A stretch of DNA of 64,000 nt from Eledone cirrhosa (lineage: Eukaryota), in assembly GCA_964016885.1 (NCBI GenBank), contig OZ024743.1:138756001-138820000 (forward strand), read 5' to 3'. The notes under the pieces are model-generated. The model saw only the letters and a list, made by a program, of their open reading frames with translations, searched no databases and was not told where the DNA came from. Shown piece after piece: positions 1-16,240 of this stretch (positions are counted from its first letter, which is position 1; each line of letters opens with the position of its first letter). A program made the translations under genes and the position numbers.

Positions 1-571
1 GCAAACAGCAAACAGCAAACAGCAAACACCAAACACCAAACACCAAGCACCAAGTACCAAGCACCAAACAACAACACCAAGCACCAAGCACCAAACACCA
101 AGCACTAAGCACCAAACACCAAACACCAAGCTCCAAGCACCAAACACCAAACACCAAGCACCAAGCAGCAAACACCAATCACCAAGCACCAAGCACCAAA
201 CACCAAGCACCAAACACCAAGCACCAATCACCAAACACCAAACACCAGCGCACCAAGCACCAAACACCAAGCACCAAGCACCAAGCACCAAACACCAAAC
301 ACCAAACACCAAGCACCTAGCACCAAACACCAAGCACCAAGCACCAAGCAACAAACACCAAGCACCAAGCACCAAACACCAAGCACCAAGCATAAAACAC
401 CAAGCACCAAGCACCGAGCACCAAACACCAAGTACCAAGCACCAAACACCAAACACCAAGCACCAAGCACCAAACACCAAACACCAAGAACCAAGCACCA
501 AACACCAAATACCAAGCACCAAGCACCAAACACCAAGCACCAAGCACCAAGCACAAAACACCAAGCACCAA

Positions 572-594
572 GCGCTAAACATAAAACACTAAGC
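572..594 (+). repeat. Landmark module CGCTAAA-CATAAAA-CACTAAG (first of 13 copies), followed by a CATCAAA/CAGCAAA-rich block
   Basis: Flagged by minus-strand ORFs ending ...VFYV at 575, 6607, 8062, 11497, 13735, 16407, 22393, 29325, 33839, 40653, 51177, 53382 and 58030. Confidence 0.92.
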
Positions 595-1169
595 ACCAAG
601 CACCAAGCACCAAGCACCAAACACCAAACATCAAACACCAATCACCAAACATCAAACAGCAAACACCAAACACCAAACACCAAACATCAAACACCAAACA
701 GCAAACAACAAACAACAAATGCCAAACATCAAACGCCAAACACCAAACACCAAATAGCAAACACCAAACCGCAAACACCAAACACCAAACAGGAAACACC
801 AAACACCAAACAGCGAACAACAAACAGCAAACACCAAACACCAAGCACCAAGCACCAAGCACAAAAGACCAAGCACCAAGCGCCAAACACCAAACACCAA
901 GCACCAAGCACCAAACACCAAGCACCAAACACCAAACACCAATCACCAACCGCCAAACACCAAATACCAAGCACCAAGCACTAAACACCAAGCATCAAGC
1001 ACCAAGCACCAAACACCAAGCACCAAGCACCAAGCACCAAGCACCAAACACAAAACACCAAGCACCAAGCACCAAGCATCAAGCACCAAGCACCAAACAC
1101 CAAGCGCCAAGCACCAAGCACCAAGCACCAAACACAAAATACCAAGTACCAAGCACCAAGCACCAAACA

Positions 1170-4100
1170 CCAAACACCAAACACCAAGCACCAAGCACCA
1201 AACACCAAACACCAAGCACCAAGCACCAGACACCAAGCACCAAGCACCAAGCACCAATCACCAAACACCAAGCACTAAGCACCAAATACCAAACACCAAG
1301 CTCCAAGCACCAAACACCAAACACCAAGCACCAAGCACCAAACCTCAATCACCAAGCACCAAGCACCAAACCCCAAGCACCAAACACCAAGCACCAATCA
1401 CCAAACACCAAACACCAAGAACCAAGCACCAAACACAAAACACCAAGCACCAAGCACCAAACACCAAGCACCAAGCACCAAGCACCAAACACCAAGCACC
1501 AAGTACCAAACACCAAACACCAAGCACCAAGCACCAAACACCAAACACCAAGCACCAAGCGCCAAACACTAAACACCAGGCTCCAAGCACAAAACACCAA
1601 GCACCAAGCACCAAGCACCAAACACCAAACACCAAACACCAAGCACCGAGCACCAAACACCAAGCACCAAGCACCAAGCAACAAACAACAAGCACCAAGC
1701 ACCAAACACCAAGCACCAAGCACCAAGCACCAAATGCCAAACACCAAGCACCAAGCAGCAAGCACCAAGCACCAAGCACCAGACACGAAGCACCAAGCAC
1801 CAAGCACCAAGCATCAAGCACCAAATACCAAACACCAAGCACCAAGCACCACACACCAAACACCAAGCACCAAGCACCAAACACCAAACACCAAACACCA
1901 GGCACCAAGCACCAATCACCAAGCACCAAGCCAAAAACACAATGCACCAAGCACCAAGCACCAAACACCAAACACCAAACACCAGGCACCAAGCACCAAG
2001 CAGCAAGCACCAAGCACCAAGCACCAAGCACCAAACACCAAACACCAAGCACCAAGCACCAAACACCAAACACCAAGCCCAAAGCACCAAAGAGCAAAAA
2101 CAAAACACCAAGCACCAAACACCAAACACCAAGCACCAAACACCAAACACCAAGCACCAAGCACTAAACACCAAACACCAAGCAGCAAGCACCAAGCACC
2201 AAACACCAAGCACCAAGCACCAAGCACCAAACACCAAGCACCAAGCACCAAACACCAAACACCAAGTGCCAAACACCAAGCACCAAACACCAAGCACCAA
2301 GCACCAAGCACCAGACACCAAGCACCAAGCACCAAGCACCAAACACCAAACACCAACCACCAAGTACCAAGCACCAAACACCAAGCACCAATCACCAAAC
2401 ACCAAGCACCAAGCACCAAGCACCAAACACCAAGCACCAAGCACTAAACACCAAGCAACAAGCACCAAGCATCAAGCACCAAGCACCAAGCACCAAGCAC
2501 CAAACACCAAGCACCAAGCACCAAGCACCAAACACCAAGCACCAAGCACCAAACAGCAAATACCAAACACCAAACACCAACCACCAAGTACCAAGCACCA
2601 AACACCAAGCACCAATCACCAAACACCAAGCACCAAGCACCAAGCACCAAACACCAAGCACCAAGCACTAAACACCAAGCAACAAGAACCAAGCATCAAG
2701 CACCAAGCACCAAGCACCAAGCACCAAACACCAAGCACCAAGCACCAAGCACCAAACACCAAGCACCAAGCACCAAACAGCAAATACCAAGCACCAAACA
2801 CCAAACACCAAGCACCAAGCACCAAACACCAAACACCAAGCACCAAACACCAAGGACCAAGCACCAAGCACCATGCACCAAACACCAAGCACCAAGCACC
2901 AAACAGCAAACACCAAACAGCAAACACCAAACAGCAAACACCAAACAGCAAACACCAAACAGCAAACAGCAAACACCAAACACCAAACAGCAAACGCCAA
3001 AAAGCAAACGCCAAACCCCAAACGCCAAACAGCAAATGCCAAACCCCAAATGCCAAACAGCAAACGCCAAGCACCAAACACCAAACACCTAGCACCAAGC
3101 ACAAAACACCAAACACCAAGCACCAAGCACCAAACACCAAACACCAAACACCAGGCACCAAGCACCAATCACCAAGCACCAAGCAAAAAACACAAATCAC
3201 CAAGCACCAAGCACCAAACACCAAACACCAAACACCAGGCACCAAGCACCAAGCAGCAAGCACCAAGCACCAAGCACCAAGCACCAAACACCAAACACCA
3301 AGCACTAAGCACCAAACACCAAACACCAAGCACAAAGCACCAAAGAGCAAAAACAAAGCACCAAGCACCAAACACCAAACACCAAACACCAAACACCAAA
3401 CAGCAAACACCAAACAGCAAACACCAAACAGCAAACACCAAACACCAAACACCAAACACCAAGCACCAAGCACCAAGCACCAAACAACAACACCAAGCAC
3501 CAAGCACCAAACACCAAGCATGAAGCACCAAACACCAAACACCAAGCACCAAGCACCAAACACCAAACACCAAGCACCAAGCACCAGACACCAAGCACCA
3601 AGCACCAAGCACCAATCACCAAACACCAAGCACTAAGCACCAAATACCAAACACCAAGCTCCAAGCACCAAACACCAAACACCAAGCACCAAGCACCAAA
3701 CCTCAATCACCAAGCACCAAGCACCAAGCACCAAGCACCAAACACCAAGCACCAATCACCAAACACCAAACACCAAGAACCAAGCACCAAACACAAAACA
3801 CCAAGCACCAAGCACCAAACACCAAGCACCAAGCACCAAGCACCAAACACCAAGCACCAAGTACCAAACACCAAACACCAAGCACCAAGCACCAAACACC
3901 AAACACCAAGCACCAAGCACCAAACACTAAACACCAGGCTCCAAGCACAAAACACCAAGCACCAAGCACCAAGCACCAAACACCAAACACCAAACACCAA
4001 GCACCGAGCACCAAACACCAAGCACCAAGCACCAAGCAACAAACAACAAGCACCAAGCACCAAACACCAAGCACCAAGCACCAAGCACCAAATGCCAAAC

Positions 4101-5720
4101 ACCAAGCACCAAGCACCAAGCACCAAGCACCAAGCACCAGACACGAAGCACCAAGCACCAAGCACCAAGCATCAAGCACCAAATACCAAACACCAAGCAC
4201 CAAGCACCACACACCAAACACCAAGCACCAAGCACCAAACACCAAACACCAAACACCAGGCACCAAGCACCAATCACCAAGCACCAAGCCAAAAACACAA
4301 TGCACCAAGCACCAAGCACCAAACACCAAACACCAAACACCAGGCACCAAGCACCAAGCAGCAAGCACCAAGCACCAAGCACCAAGCACCAAACACCAAA
4401 CACCAAGCACCAAGCACCAAACACCAAACACCAAGCCCAAAGCACCAAAGAGCAAAAACAAAACACCAAGCACCAAACACCAAACACCAAGCACCAAACA
4501 CCAAACACCAAGCACCAAGCACTAAACACCAAACACCAAGCAGCAAGCACCAAGCACCAAACACCAAGCACCAAGCACCAAGCACCAAACACCAAGCACC
4601 AAGCACCAAACACCAAACACCAAGTGCCAAACACCAAGCACCAAACACCAAGCACCAAGCACCAAGCACCAGACACCAAGCACCAAGCACCAAGCACCAA
4701 ACACCAAACACCAACCACCAAGTACCAAGCACCAAACACCAAGCACCAATCACCAAACACCAAGCACCAAGCACCAAGCACCAAACACCAAGCACCAAGC
4801 ACTAAACACCAAGCATCAAGCACCAAGCATCAAGCACCAAGCACCAAGCACCAAGCACCAAACACCAAGCACCAAGCACCAAGCACCAAACACCAAGCAC
4901 CAAGCACCAAACAGCAAATACCAAGCACCAAACACCAAACACCAAGCACCAAGCACCAAACACCAAACACCAAGCACCAAACACCAAGCACCAAGTCCCA
5001 AGCACCCAACACCAAGCACCAAGCACCAAACACCAAGCACCAAGCACCAAGCACCATGCACCAAACACCAAGCACCAAGCACCAAACAGCAAACACCAAA
5101 CAGCAAACACCAAACAGCAAACACCAAACAGCAAACACCAAACAGCAAACAGCAAACACCAAACACCAAACAGCAAACGCCAAAAAGCAAACGCCAAACC
5201 CCAAACGCCAAACAGCAAATGCCAAACCCCAAATGCCAAACAGCAAACGCCAAGCACCAAACAACAAACACCTAGCACCAAGCACAAAACACCAAACACC
5301 AAGCACCAAGCACCAAACACCAAACACCAAACACCAGGCACCAAGCACCAATCACCAAGCACCAAGCAAAAAACACAAATCACCAAGCACCAAGCACCAA
5401 ACACCAAACACCAAACACCAGGCACCAAGCACCAAGCAGCAAGCACCAAGCACCAAGCACCAAGCACCAAACACCAAACACCAAGCACTAAGCACCAAAC
5501 ACCAAACACCAAGCACAAAGCACCAAAGAGCAAAAACAAAGCACCAAGCACCAAACACCAAACACCAAACACCAAACACCAAACAGCAAACACCAAACAG
5601 CAAACACCAAACAGCAAACAGCAAACACCAAACACCAAACACCAAGCACCAAGCACCAAGCACCAAACAACAACACCAAGCACCAAGCACCAAACACCAA
5701 GCATGAAGCACCAAACACCA
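1170..5720 (+). repeat. Higher-order tandem duplication, ~2.2-2.4-kb unit (approx. 1170-3527 / 3528-5720)
   Basis: Markers and ORFs recur at offset 2358 (CACCAGA 1224/3582; CCTCAAT 1343/3701; ORFs 1345/3703, 1569/3927, 1734/4092), then at offset 2183 (ATG 2873/5056; CpG module 2995/5178; stop 3523/5706). The difference is 175 bp = 25 monomers. Boundaries are approximate. Confidence 0.9.
2995..3071 (+). repeat. CpG-rich 11-monomer module (first copy): YGCCAAA alternating with AAGCAAA/CCCCAAA/CAGCAAA
   Basis: Reads CGCCAAA AAGCAAA CGCCAAA CCCCAAA CGCCAAA CAGCAAA TGCCAAA CCCCAAA TGCCAAA CAGCAAA CGCCAAG. Full or truncated copies start near 5178, 18262, 19613, 20844, 24192, 25515, 26676, 31306, 36098 and 38148, and occur densely at 42.9-48.9 kb and 54.5-62.8 kb. 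Confidence 0.9.
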
Positions 5721-7039
5721 AACACCAAGCTCCAAGCACCAAATACCATACACCAAGCACCAAGCACCAAACACCAATCACCAAGCACCAAGCACCAAAC
5801 CCCAAGCACCAAACACCAAGCACCAATCACCAAACACCAAACACCAAGAACCAAGCACCAAACACAAAACACCAAGCACCAAGCACCAAACACCAAACAC
5901 CAAGCACCAAGCACCAAACACCAAACACCAGGCTCCAAGCACAAAACACCAAGCACCAAGCACCAAGCACCAAGCCCCAAACACCAAACACCAAACACCA
6001 AGCACCAAGCACCAAACACCAAGCACCAAGCACCAAGCAACAAACACCAAGCACCAAGCACCAAACACCAAGCAGCAAGCACGAAACACCAAGCACCAAG
6101 CACCGAGCACGAAACACCAAGTACCAAGCACCAATCACCAAACACCAAGCACCAAGCACCAAACACCAAACACCAAACACCAAGCACCAAGCACCAAACA
6201 CCAAATACCAAGCACCAAGCACTAAGCACCAAACACCAAGCACCAAGCACCAAGCATCAAGCACCAAGCACCAAACACCAAGCACCAAGCACCAAGCACC
6301 AAGCACCAAACACCAAACACCAAACACCAAACACCAAGCACCAAGCACCAATCACCAAGCACCAAGCACCAAACCCCAAGCACCAAACACCAAGCACCAA
6401 TCACCAAACACCAAACACCAAGAACCAAGCACCAAGCACCAAACACCAAACACCAAACACCAAGCACCAAGCACCAATCACCAAGCACCAAGCACCAAAC
6501 CCCAAGCACCAAACACCAAGCACCAATCACCAAACACCAAACACCAAGAACCAAGCACCAAACACCAAGCACCAAGCACCAAGCACAAAACACCAAGCAC
6601 CAAGCGCTAAACATAAAACACTAAGCACCAAGCACCAAGCACCAAGCACCAAACACCAAACATCAAACACCAATCACCAAACATCAAACAGCAAACACCA
6701 AACACCAAACACCAAACATCAAACACCAAATAGCAAACACCAAACCGCAAACACCAAACACCAAACAGGAAACACCAAACACCAAACAGCGAACAGCAAA
6801 CAGCAAACACCAAACACCAAGCACCAAGCACAAAACACCAAGCACCAAGCGCCAAACACCAAACACCAAGCACCAAGCACCAAACACCAAGCACCAAACA
6901 CCAAGCACCAATCACCAAACACCAAACACCAAGAACCAAACACCAAACACAAAACACCAAGCACCAAGCACCAAACACCAAGCACCAAGCACCAAGCACC
7001 AAACACCAAACACCAAACACCAAGCACCTAGCACCAAAC

Positions 7040-10000
7040 ACCAAGCACCAAGCACCAAGCAACAAACACCAAGCACCAAGCACCAAACACCAAACACCAA
7101 GCACAAAGCACCAAAGAGCAAAAACAAAGCACCAAGCACCAAACACCAAACACCAAACAGCAAACACCAAACAGCAAACACCAAACAGCAAACACCAAAC
7201 AGCAAACAGCAAACACCAAACACCAAACACCAAGCACCAAGTACCAAGCACCAAACAACAACACCAAGCACCAAGCACCAAACACCAAGCACCAAGCACC
7301 AAACACCAAACACCAAGCTCCAAGCACCAAACACCAAACACCAAGCACCAAGCAGCAAACACCAATCACCAAGCACCAAGCACCAAACACCAAGCACCAA
7401 ACACCAAGCACCAATCACCAAACACCAAACACCAAGAACCAAGCACCAAACACAAAACACCAAGCACCAAGCACCAAACACCAAGCACCAAGCACCAAGC
7501 AACAAACACCAAACACCAAACACCAAGCACCTAGCACCAAACACCAAGCACCAAGCACCAAGCAACAAACACCAAGCACCAAGCACCAAACACCAAGCAC
7601 CAAGCACAAAACACCAAGCACCAAGCACCGAGCACCAAACACCAAGTACCAAGCACCAATCACCAAACACCAAGCACCAAGCACCAAACACCAAATACCA
7701 AGCACCAAGCACTAAACACCAAACACCAAGCAGCAAGCACCAAGCATCAAGCACCAAGCACCAAACACCAAGCACCAAGCACCAAGCACCAAGCACCAAA
7801 CACAAAACACCAAGTACCAAGCACCAAGCACCAAACAGCAAACACCAAACACCAAGCACCAAGCACCAAACACCAAATACCAAGCTCCAAGCACCAAACA
7901 CCAAATACCAAGCAACAAGCAACAAACACCAATCATCAAGCACCAAGCACCAAACCCCAAGCACCAAACACCAAGCACCAATCACCAAACACCAAACACC
8001 AAGAACCAAGCACCAAACACCAAGCACCAAGCACCAAGCACAAAACACCAAGCACCAAGCGCTAAACATAAAACACTAAGCAACAAGCACCAAGCACCAA
8101 GCACCAAACACCAAACATCAAACACCAATCACCAAACATCAAACAGCAAACACCAAACACCAAACACCAAACATCAAACAGCAAACAGCAAACAACAAAC
8201 AACAAATGCCAAACATCAAACGCCAAACACCAAACACCAAATAGCAAACACCAAACCGCAAACACCAAACACCAAACAGGAAACACCAAACACCAAACAG
8301 CGAACACCAAACAGCAAACACCAAACACCAAGCACCAAGCACCAAGCACAAAACACCAAGCACCAAGCGCCAAACACCAAACACCAAGCACCAAGCACCA
8401 AACACCAAGCACCAAACACCAAACACCAATCACCAAGCGCCAAACACCAAATACCAAGCACCAAGCACTAAACACCAAACACCAAGCAACAGGCACCAAG
8501 CATCAAGCACCAAGCACCAAACACCAAGCACCAAGCACCAAGCACCAAGCACCAAACACAAAACACCAAGTACCAAGCACCAAGCACCAAACACCAAACA
8601 CCAAACACCAAGCACCAAGCACCAAACACCAAACACCAAGCACCAAGCACCAGACACCAAGCACCAAGCACCAAGCACCAATCACCAAACACCAAGCACG
8701 AAGCACCAAACACCAAACACCAAGCACCAAGCACCAAACACCAAACACCAAGCACCAAGCACCAAACACCAAATACCAAGCACCAAGCACCAAGCACCAA
8801 GCACCAAACACCAAGCACCAAGCACCAAGCACCAAACACCAAGCACCAAACACCAAGCATCAGACACGAAGCACCAAGCACCAAGCACCAAACACCAAGC
8901 ACCAAGCACCACACATCAAACACCAAGCACCAAGCACCAAACACCAAACACCAAACACCAAACAGCAAACACCAAACAGCAAACACCAAACAGCAAACAG
9001 CAAACACCAAACACCAAACACCAAGCACCAAGCAGCAAGCACCAAACAACAACACCAAGCACCAAGCACCAAACACCAAGCACCAAGCACCAAGCACCAA
9101 ATACCAAACACCAAGCTCCAAGCACCAAACACCAAGCACCAAGCACCAAACACCAATCACCAAGCACCAAGCACGAAACCCCAAGCACCAAACACCAAGC
9201 ACCAATCACCAAACACCAAACACCAAGAACCAAGCACCAAACACAAAACACCAAGCACCAAGCACCAAACACCAAGCACCAAGCACCAAGCACCAAACAC
9301 CAAGCACCAAGTACCAAGCACCAAACACCAAACACCAAGCACCAAGCACCAAACACTAAACACCAGGCTCCAAGCACAAAACACCAAGCACCAAGCACCA
9401 AGCACCAAGCACCAAACACCAAACACCAAGCCCAAAGCACCAAAGAGCAGAAACAAAACACCAAGCACCAAACACCAAACACCAAGCACCAAACACCAAA
9501 CAGCCAACAACAAACAGCAAACACCAAACACCAAATAGCAAAAACCAAAGAGCAAACTCCAAACACCAAACACCAAACACAAAACACCAAACAGCAAACA
9601 CCAAACAGCAAACTCCAAACACCAAACACCAAGCACCAAGCACCAAATACCAAGCACCAAACACCAAGCACCAATCACCAAACACCAAACACCAAGCACC
9701 AAGCACCAAACACCAAAAACCAAGCACCAAGCACCAAGCACCAAACACCATACGCCAAACACCAAACACCAAGCACCAAGCACCAAACACCAAGCACCAA
9801 GCGCCAAAGACCAAACACCAAGCACCAAGCACGAAACACCATGCACCAAGCACCGAGCACCAAACACCATGTACCAAGCACCAATCACCAAACACCAAGC
9901 ACCAAGCACCAAACACCAAACACCAAACACCAAGCACCAAGCACCAAACACCAAACACCAAGAACCAACCACCAAACACCAAATACCAAGCACCAAGCAC

Positions 10001-13000
10001 TAAACACCAAACACCAAGCATCATGCACCAAGCATCAAGCACCAAGCACCAAACACCAAGCACCAAGCACCAAGCACCAAGCACCAAACACAAAACACCA
10101 AGTACCAAGCACCAAGCACCAAACACCAAACACCAAACACCAAGCACCAAGCACCAAACACCAAACACCAAGCACCAAGCACCAGACACCAAGCACCAAG
10201 CACCAAGCACCAAGGACCAAACACCAAACACCAAACACCAAACACCAGGCACAAAGCACCAAACACCAAGCACCAAGCACCAAAAACCAAAGACCAAGCA
10301 CAAAGCACCAAAGAGCAAACACCAAACAGCAAACACCAAACACCAAACACCAAACAGCAAACACCAAACAGCAAACACCAAACACCAAATAGCAAACACC
10401 AAAGGGCAAACTCCAAACACCAAACAGCAAACACAAAACACCAAACAGCAAACAACAAACAGCAAACACCAAAGAGCAAACAGCAAACACCAAACAGCAA
10501 ACACCAAGCACCAAGCACCAAGCACCAAACACCAACACCAAGCACCAAGCACCAAACACCAAGCACCAAGCACCAAACACCAAACACCAAGCTCCAAGCA
10601 CCAAACACCAAACACCAAGCACCAAGCACCAAACACCAATCACCAAGCACCAAGCACCAAACCCCAAGTACCAAACACCAAGCACAAAACACCAAGCACC
10701 AAGCACCAAATACCAAACATCAAACACCAATCACCAAACATCAAACAGCAAACACCAAACACCAAACACCAAACATCAAACACCAAACAGCAAACAACAA
10801 ACAACAAACGCCAAACATCAAACGCCAAACACCAAACACCAAATAGCAAACACCAAACCGCAAACACCAAACACCAAACACCAAACACCAAACACCAAGC
10901 ACCTAGCATCAAACACCAAGCACCAAGCACCAAGCAACAAACACCAAGCACCAAGCACCAAACACCAAGCACCAAGCACGAAACACCAAGCACCAAGCAC
11001 CGAGCACCAAACACCAAGTACCAAGCACCAATCACCAAACACCAAGCACCAAACACCAAACACCAAACACCAAACACCTAGCACCAAGCACCAAACACCA
11101 AACACCAAGAACCAAGCACCAAACACCAAATACCAAGCACCAAGCACTAAACACCAAACACCAAGCACCAAGCACCAAGCATCAAGCACCAAGCACCAAA
11201 CACCAAGCACCAAGCACCAAGCACCAAGCACCAAACACAAAACACCAAGTACCAAGCACCAAGCACCAAACACCAAACACCAAACACCAAGCACCAAGCA
11301 CCAAACACCAAATACCAAGCTCCAAGCACCAAACACCAAATACCAAGCACCAAGCAACAAACACCAATCACCAAGCACCAAGCACCAAACCCCAAGCACC
11401 AAACACCAAGCACCAATCACCAAACACCAAACACCAAGAACCAAGCACCAAACACCAAGCACCAAGCACCAAGCACAAAACACCAAGCACCAAGCGCTAA
11501 ACATAAAACACTAAGCACCAAGCACCAAGCACCAAGCACCAAACACCAAACATCAAACACCAATCACCAAACATCAAACAGCAAACACCAAACACCAAAC
11601 ACCAAACATCAAACACCAAACAGCAAACAACAAACAACAAATGCCAAACTTCAAACGCCAAACACCAAACACCAAATAGCAAACACCAAACCGCAAACAC
11701 CAAACACCAAACAGGAAACACCAAACACCAAACAGCGAACACCAAACAGCCAACACCAAACACCAAGCACCAAGCACCAAGCACAAAACACCAAGCACCA
11801 AGCGCCAAACACCAAACACCAAGCACCAAGCACCAAACACCAAGCACCAAACACCAAACACCAATCACCAAGCGCCAAACACCAAATACCAAGCACCAAG
11901 CACTAAACACCAAACACCAAGCACCAAGCACCAAGCATCAAGCACCAAGCACCAAACACCAAGCACCAAGCACCAAGCACCAAGCACCAAACACAAAACA
12001 CCAAGTACCAAGCACCAAGCACCAAACACCAAACACCAAACACCAAGCACCAAGCACCAAACACCAAACACCAAGCACCAAGCACCAGACACCAAGCACC
12101 AAGCACCAAGCACCAATCACCAAACACCAAGCACGAAGCACCAAACACCAAACACCAAGCACCAAGCACCAAACACCAAGTACCAAGCACCAAGCACCAA
12201 ACACCAAACACCAAACACCAAGCACCAAGCACCAAACACCAAACACCAAGCACCAAGCACCAGACACCAAGCACCAAACACCAAGCACCAATCACCAAAC
12301 ACCAAGCACGAAGCACCAAATACCAAACACCAAGCACCAAGCACCAAACACCAAACACCAAGCACCAAGCACCAAACACCAAATACCAAGCACCAAGCAC
12401 CAAGCACCAAACACCAAGCACCAAGCACCAAGCACCAAGAACCAAGCACCAAATACCAAGCACCAGACACGAAGCATCAATCACCAAATACCAAACACCA
12501 AGCACCAAGCACCAAACACCAAACACCAAACACCAGGCACCAAGCACCAATCACCAAGCACCAAGCAAAAACACAAAGCACCAAGCACCAAGCACCAAAC
12601 ACCAAACACCAAACACCAGGCACCAAGCACCAAGCAGCAAGCACCAAGCACCAAGCACCAAGCACCAAACACCAAACACCAAGCACTAAGCACCAAACAC
12701 CAAACACCAAGCACAAAGCACCAAAGAGCAAAAACAAAGCACCAAGCACCAAACACCAAACACCAAACACCAAACACCAAACAGCAAACACCAAACAGCA
12801 AACACCAAACAGCAAACAGCAAACACCAAACACCAAACACCAAGCACCAAGTACCAAGCACCAAACAACAACACCAAGCACCAAGCACCAAACACCAAGC
12901 ACCAAGCACCAAACACCAAACACCAAGCTCCAAGCACCAAACACCAAACACCAAGCACCAAGCAGCAAACACCAATCACCAAGCACCAAGCACCAAACAC

Positions 13001-16000
13001 CAAGCACCAAACACCAAGCACCAATCACCAAACACCAAACACCAAGAACCAAGCACCAAACACAAAACACCAAGCACCAAGCACCAAACACCAAGCACCA
13101 AGCACCAAGCACCAAACACCAAACACCAAACACCAAGCACCTAGCACCAAACACCAAGCACCAAGCACCAAGCAACAAACACCCAGCACCAAGCACCAAA
13201 CACCAAGCACCAAGCACAAAACACCAAGCACCAAGCACCGAGCACCAAACACCAAGTACCAAGCACCAATCACCAAACACCAAGCACCAAGCACCAAACA
13301 CCAAACACCAAACACCTAGCACCAAGCACCAAACACCAAACACCAAGAACCAAGCACCAAACACCAAATACCAAGCACCAAGCACTAAACACCAAACACC
13401 AAGCAGCAAGCACCAAGCATCAAGCACCAAGCACCAAACACCAAGCACCAAGCACCAGGCACCAAGCACCAAACACAAAACACCAAGTACCAAGCACCAA
13501 GCACCAAACACCAAACACCAAACACCAAGCACCAAGCACCAAAAACCAAATACCAAGCTCCAAGCACCAAACACCAAATACCAAGCACCAAGCAACAAAC
13601 ACCAATCACCAAGCACCAAGCACCAAACCCCAAGCACCAAACACCAAGCACCAATCACCAAACACCAAACACCAAGAACCAAGCACCAAACACCAAGCAC
13701 CAAGCACCAAGCACAAAACACCAAGCACCAAGCGCTAAACATAAAACACTAAGCACCAAGCACCAAGCACCAAGCACCAAACACCAAACATCAAACACCA
13801 ATCACCAAACATCAAACAGCAAACACCAAACACCAAACACCAAACATCAAACACCAAACAGCAAACAACAAACAACAAATGCCAAACATCAAACGCCAAA
13901 CACCAAACACCAAATGGCAAACACCAAACCGCAAACACCAAACACCAAACAGGAAACACCAAACACCAAACAGCGAACACCAAACAGCAAACACCAAACA
14001 CCAAGCACCAAGCACCAAGCACAAAACACCAAGCACCAAGCGCCAAACACCAAACACCAAGCACCAAGCACCAAACACCAAGCACCAAACACCAAACACC
14101 AATCACCAAGCGCCAAACACCAAATACCAAGCACCAAGCACTAAACACCAAACACCAAGCACCAAGCAAAAAGCATCAAGCACCAAGCACCAAACACCAA
14201 GCACCAAGCACCAAGCACCAAGCACCAAGCACCAAACACCAAGCACCAAACACCAAGCATCAGACACGAAGCGCCAAGCACCAACCACCAAACACCAAAC
14301 ACCAAACACCAAGCACCAAGCACCAAGCACCAAACAACAACACCAAGCACCAAGCACCAAACAACAAGCACCAAGCACCAAATACCAAACACCAAGCTCC
14401 AAGCACCAAACACCAAGCACCAAGCACCAAACACCAATCACCAAGCACCAAGCACGAAACCCCAAGCACCAAACACCAAGCACCAATCACCAAACACCAA
14501 ACACCAAGAACCAAGCACCAAACACAAAACACCAAGCACCAAGCACCAAACACCAAGCACCAAGCACCAAGCACCAAACACCAAGCACCAAGTACCAAAC
14601 ACCAAACACCAAGCACCAAGCACGAAACACCAAACACCAAGCACCAAGCACCAAACACTAAACACCAGGCTCCAAGCACAAAACACCAAGCACCAAGCAC
14701 CAAGCACCAAACACCAAACACCAAACACCAAGCACCGAGCACCAAACACCAAGCACCAAGCACCAAGCACCAAACACCAAACACCAAGCACCAAGCACCA
14801 AACACCAAACACCAAGCCCAAAGCACCAAAGAGCAAAAACAAAACACCAAGCACCAAATACCAAACACCAAGCACCAAACACCAAACAGCCAACACCAAA
14901 CAGCAAACACCAAACACCAAATAGCAAAAACCAAAGAGCAAACTCCAAACACCAAACAGCAAACACAAAACACCAAACAGCAAACACCAAACAGCAAACT
15001 CCAAACACCAAACACCAAGCACCAAGCACCAAATACCAAGCACCAAACACCAAGCACCAATCACCAAACACCAAACACCAAGCACCAAGCACCAAACACC
15101 AAAAACCAAGCACCAAGCACCAAGCACCAAACACCATACGCCAAACACCAAACACCAAGCACCAAGCACCAAACACCAAGCACCAAGCGCCAAACACCAA
15201 ACACCAAGCACCAAGCACGAAACACCAAGCACCAAGCACCGAGCACCAAACACCATGTACCAAGCACCAATCACCAAACACCAAGCACCAAGCACCAAAC
15301 ACCAAACACCAAACACCAAGCACCAAGCACCAAACACCAAACACCAAGAACCAAGCACCAAACACCAAATACCAAGCACCAAGCACTAAACACCAAACAC
15401 CAAGCATCATGCACCAAGCATCAAGCACCAAGCACCAAACACCAAGCACCAAGCACCAAGCACCAAGCACCAAACACAAAACACCAAGTACCAAGCACCA
15501 AGCACCAAACACCAAACACCAAACACCAAGCACCAAGCACCAAACACCAAACACCAAGCACCAAGCACCAGACACCAAGCACCAAGCACCAAGGACCAAA
15601 CACCAAACACCAAACACCAAACACCAGGCACAAAGCACCAAACACCAAGCACCAAGCACCAAAAACCAAAGACCAAGCACAAAGCACCAAAGAGCAAACA
15701 CCAAACAGCAAACACCAAACACCAAACACCAAACAGCAAACACCAAACAGCAGACACCAAACACCAAATAGCAAACACCAAAGGGCAAACTCCAAACACC
15801 AAACAGCAAACACAAAACACCAAACAGCAAACAACAAACAGCAAACACCAAAGAGCAAACAGCAAACAGCAAACACCAAACACCAAGCACCAAGCACCAA
15901 GCACCAAACACCAACACCAAGCACCAAGCACCAAACACCAAGCACCAAGCACCAAACACCAAACACCAAGCTCCAAGCACCAAACACCAAACACCAAGCA

Positions 16001-16240
16001 CCAAGCACCAAATACCAATCACCAAGCACCAAGCACCAAACCCCAAGCACCAAACACCAAGCACAAAACACCAAGCACCAAGCACCAAACACCAAACATC
16101 AAACACCAATCACCAAACATCAAACAGCAAACACCAAACACCAAACACCAAACATCAAACACCAAACAGCAAACAACAAACAACAAACGCCAAACATCAA
16201 ACGCCAAACACCAAACACCAAATAGCAAACACCAAATCGC
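7040..16240 (+). repeat. Interleaved segmental duplications (approx. 7.0-8.5 kb vs 12.7-14.2 kb; 7.5-8.7 kb vs 10.9-12.2 kb; 8.8-10.9 kb vs 14.2-16.2 kb)
   Basis: ORF and marker offsets: 3435 (7712/11147, 8062/11497, 8430/11865); 5610 then 5673 (7414/13024, 7712/13385, 8062/13735); 5386 (9674/15060, 9996/15382, 10023/15409). Confidence 0.85.
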
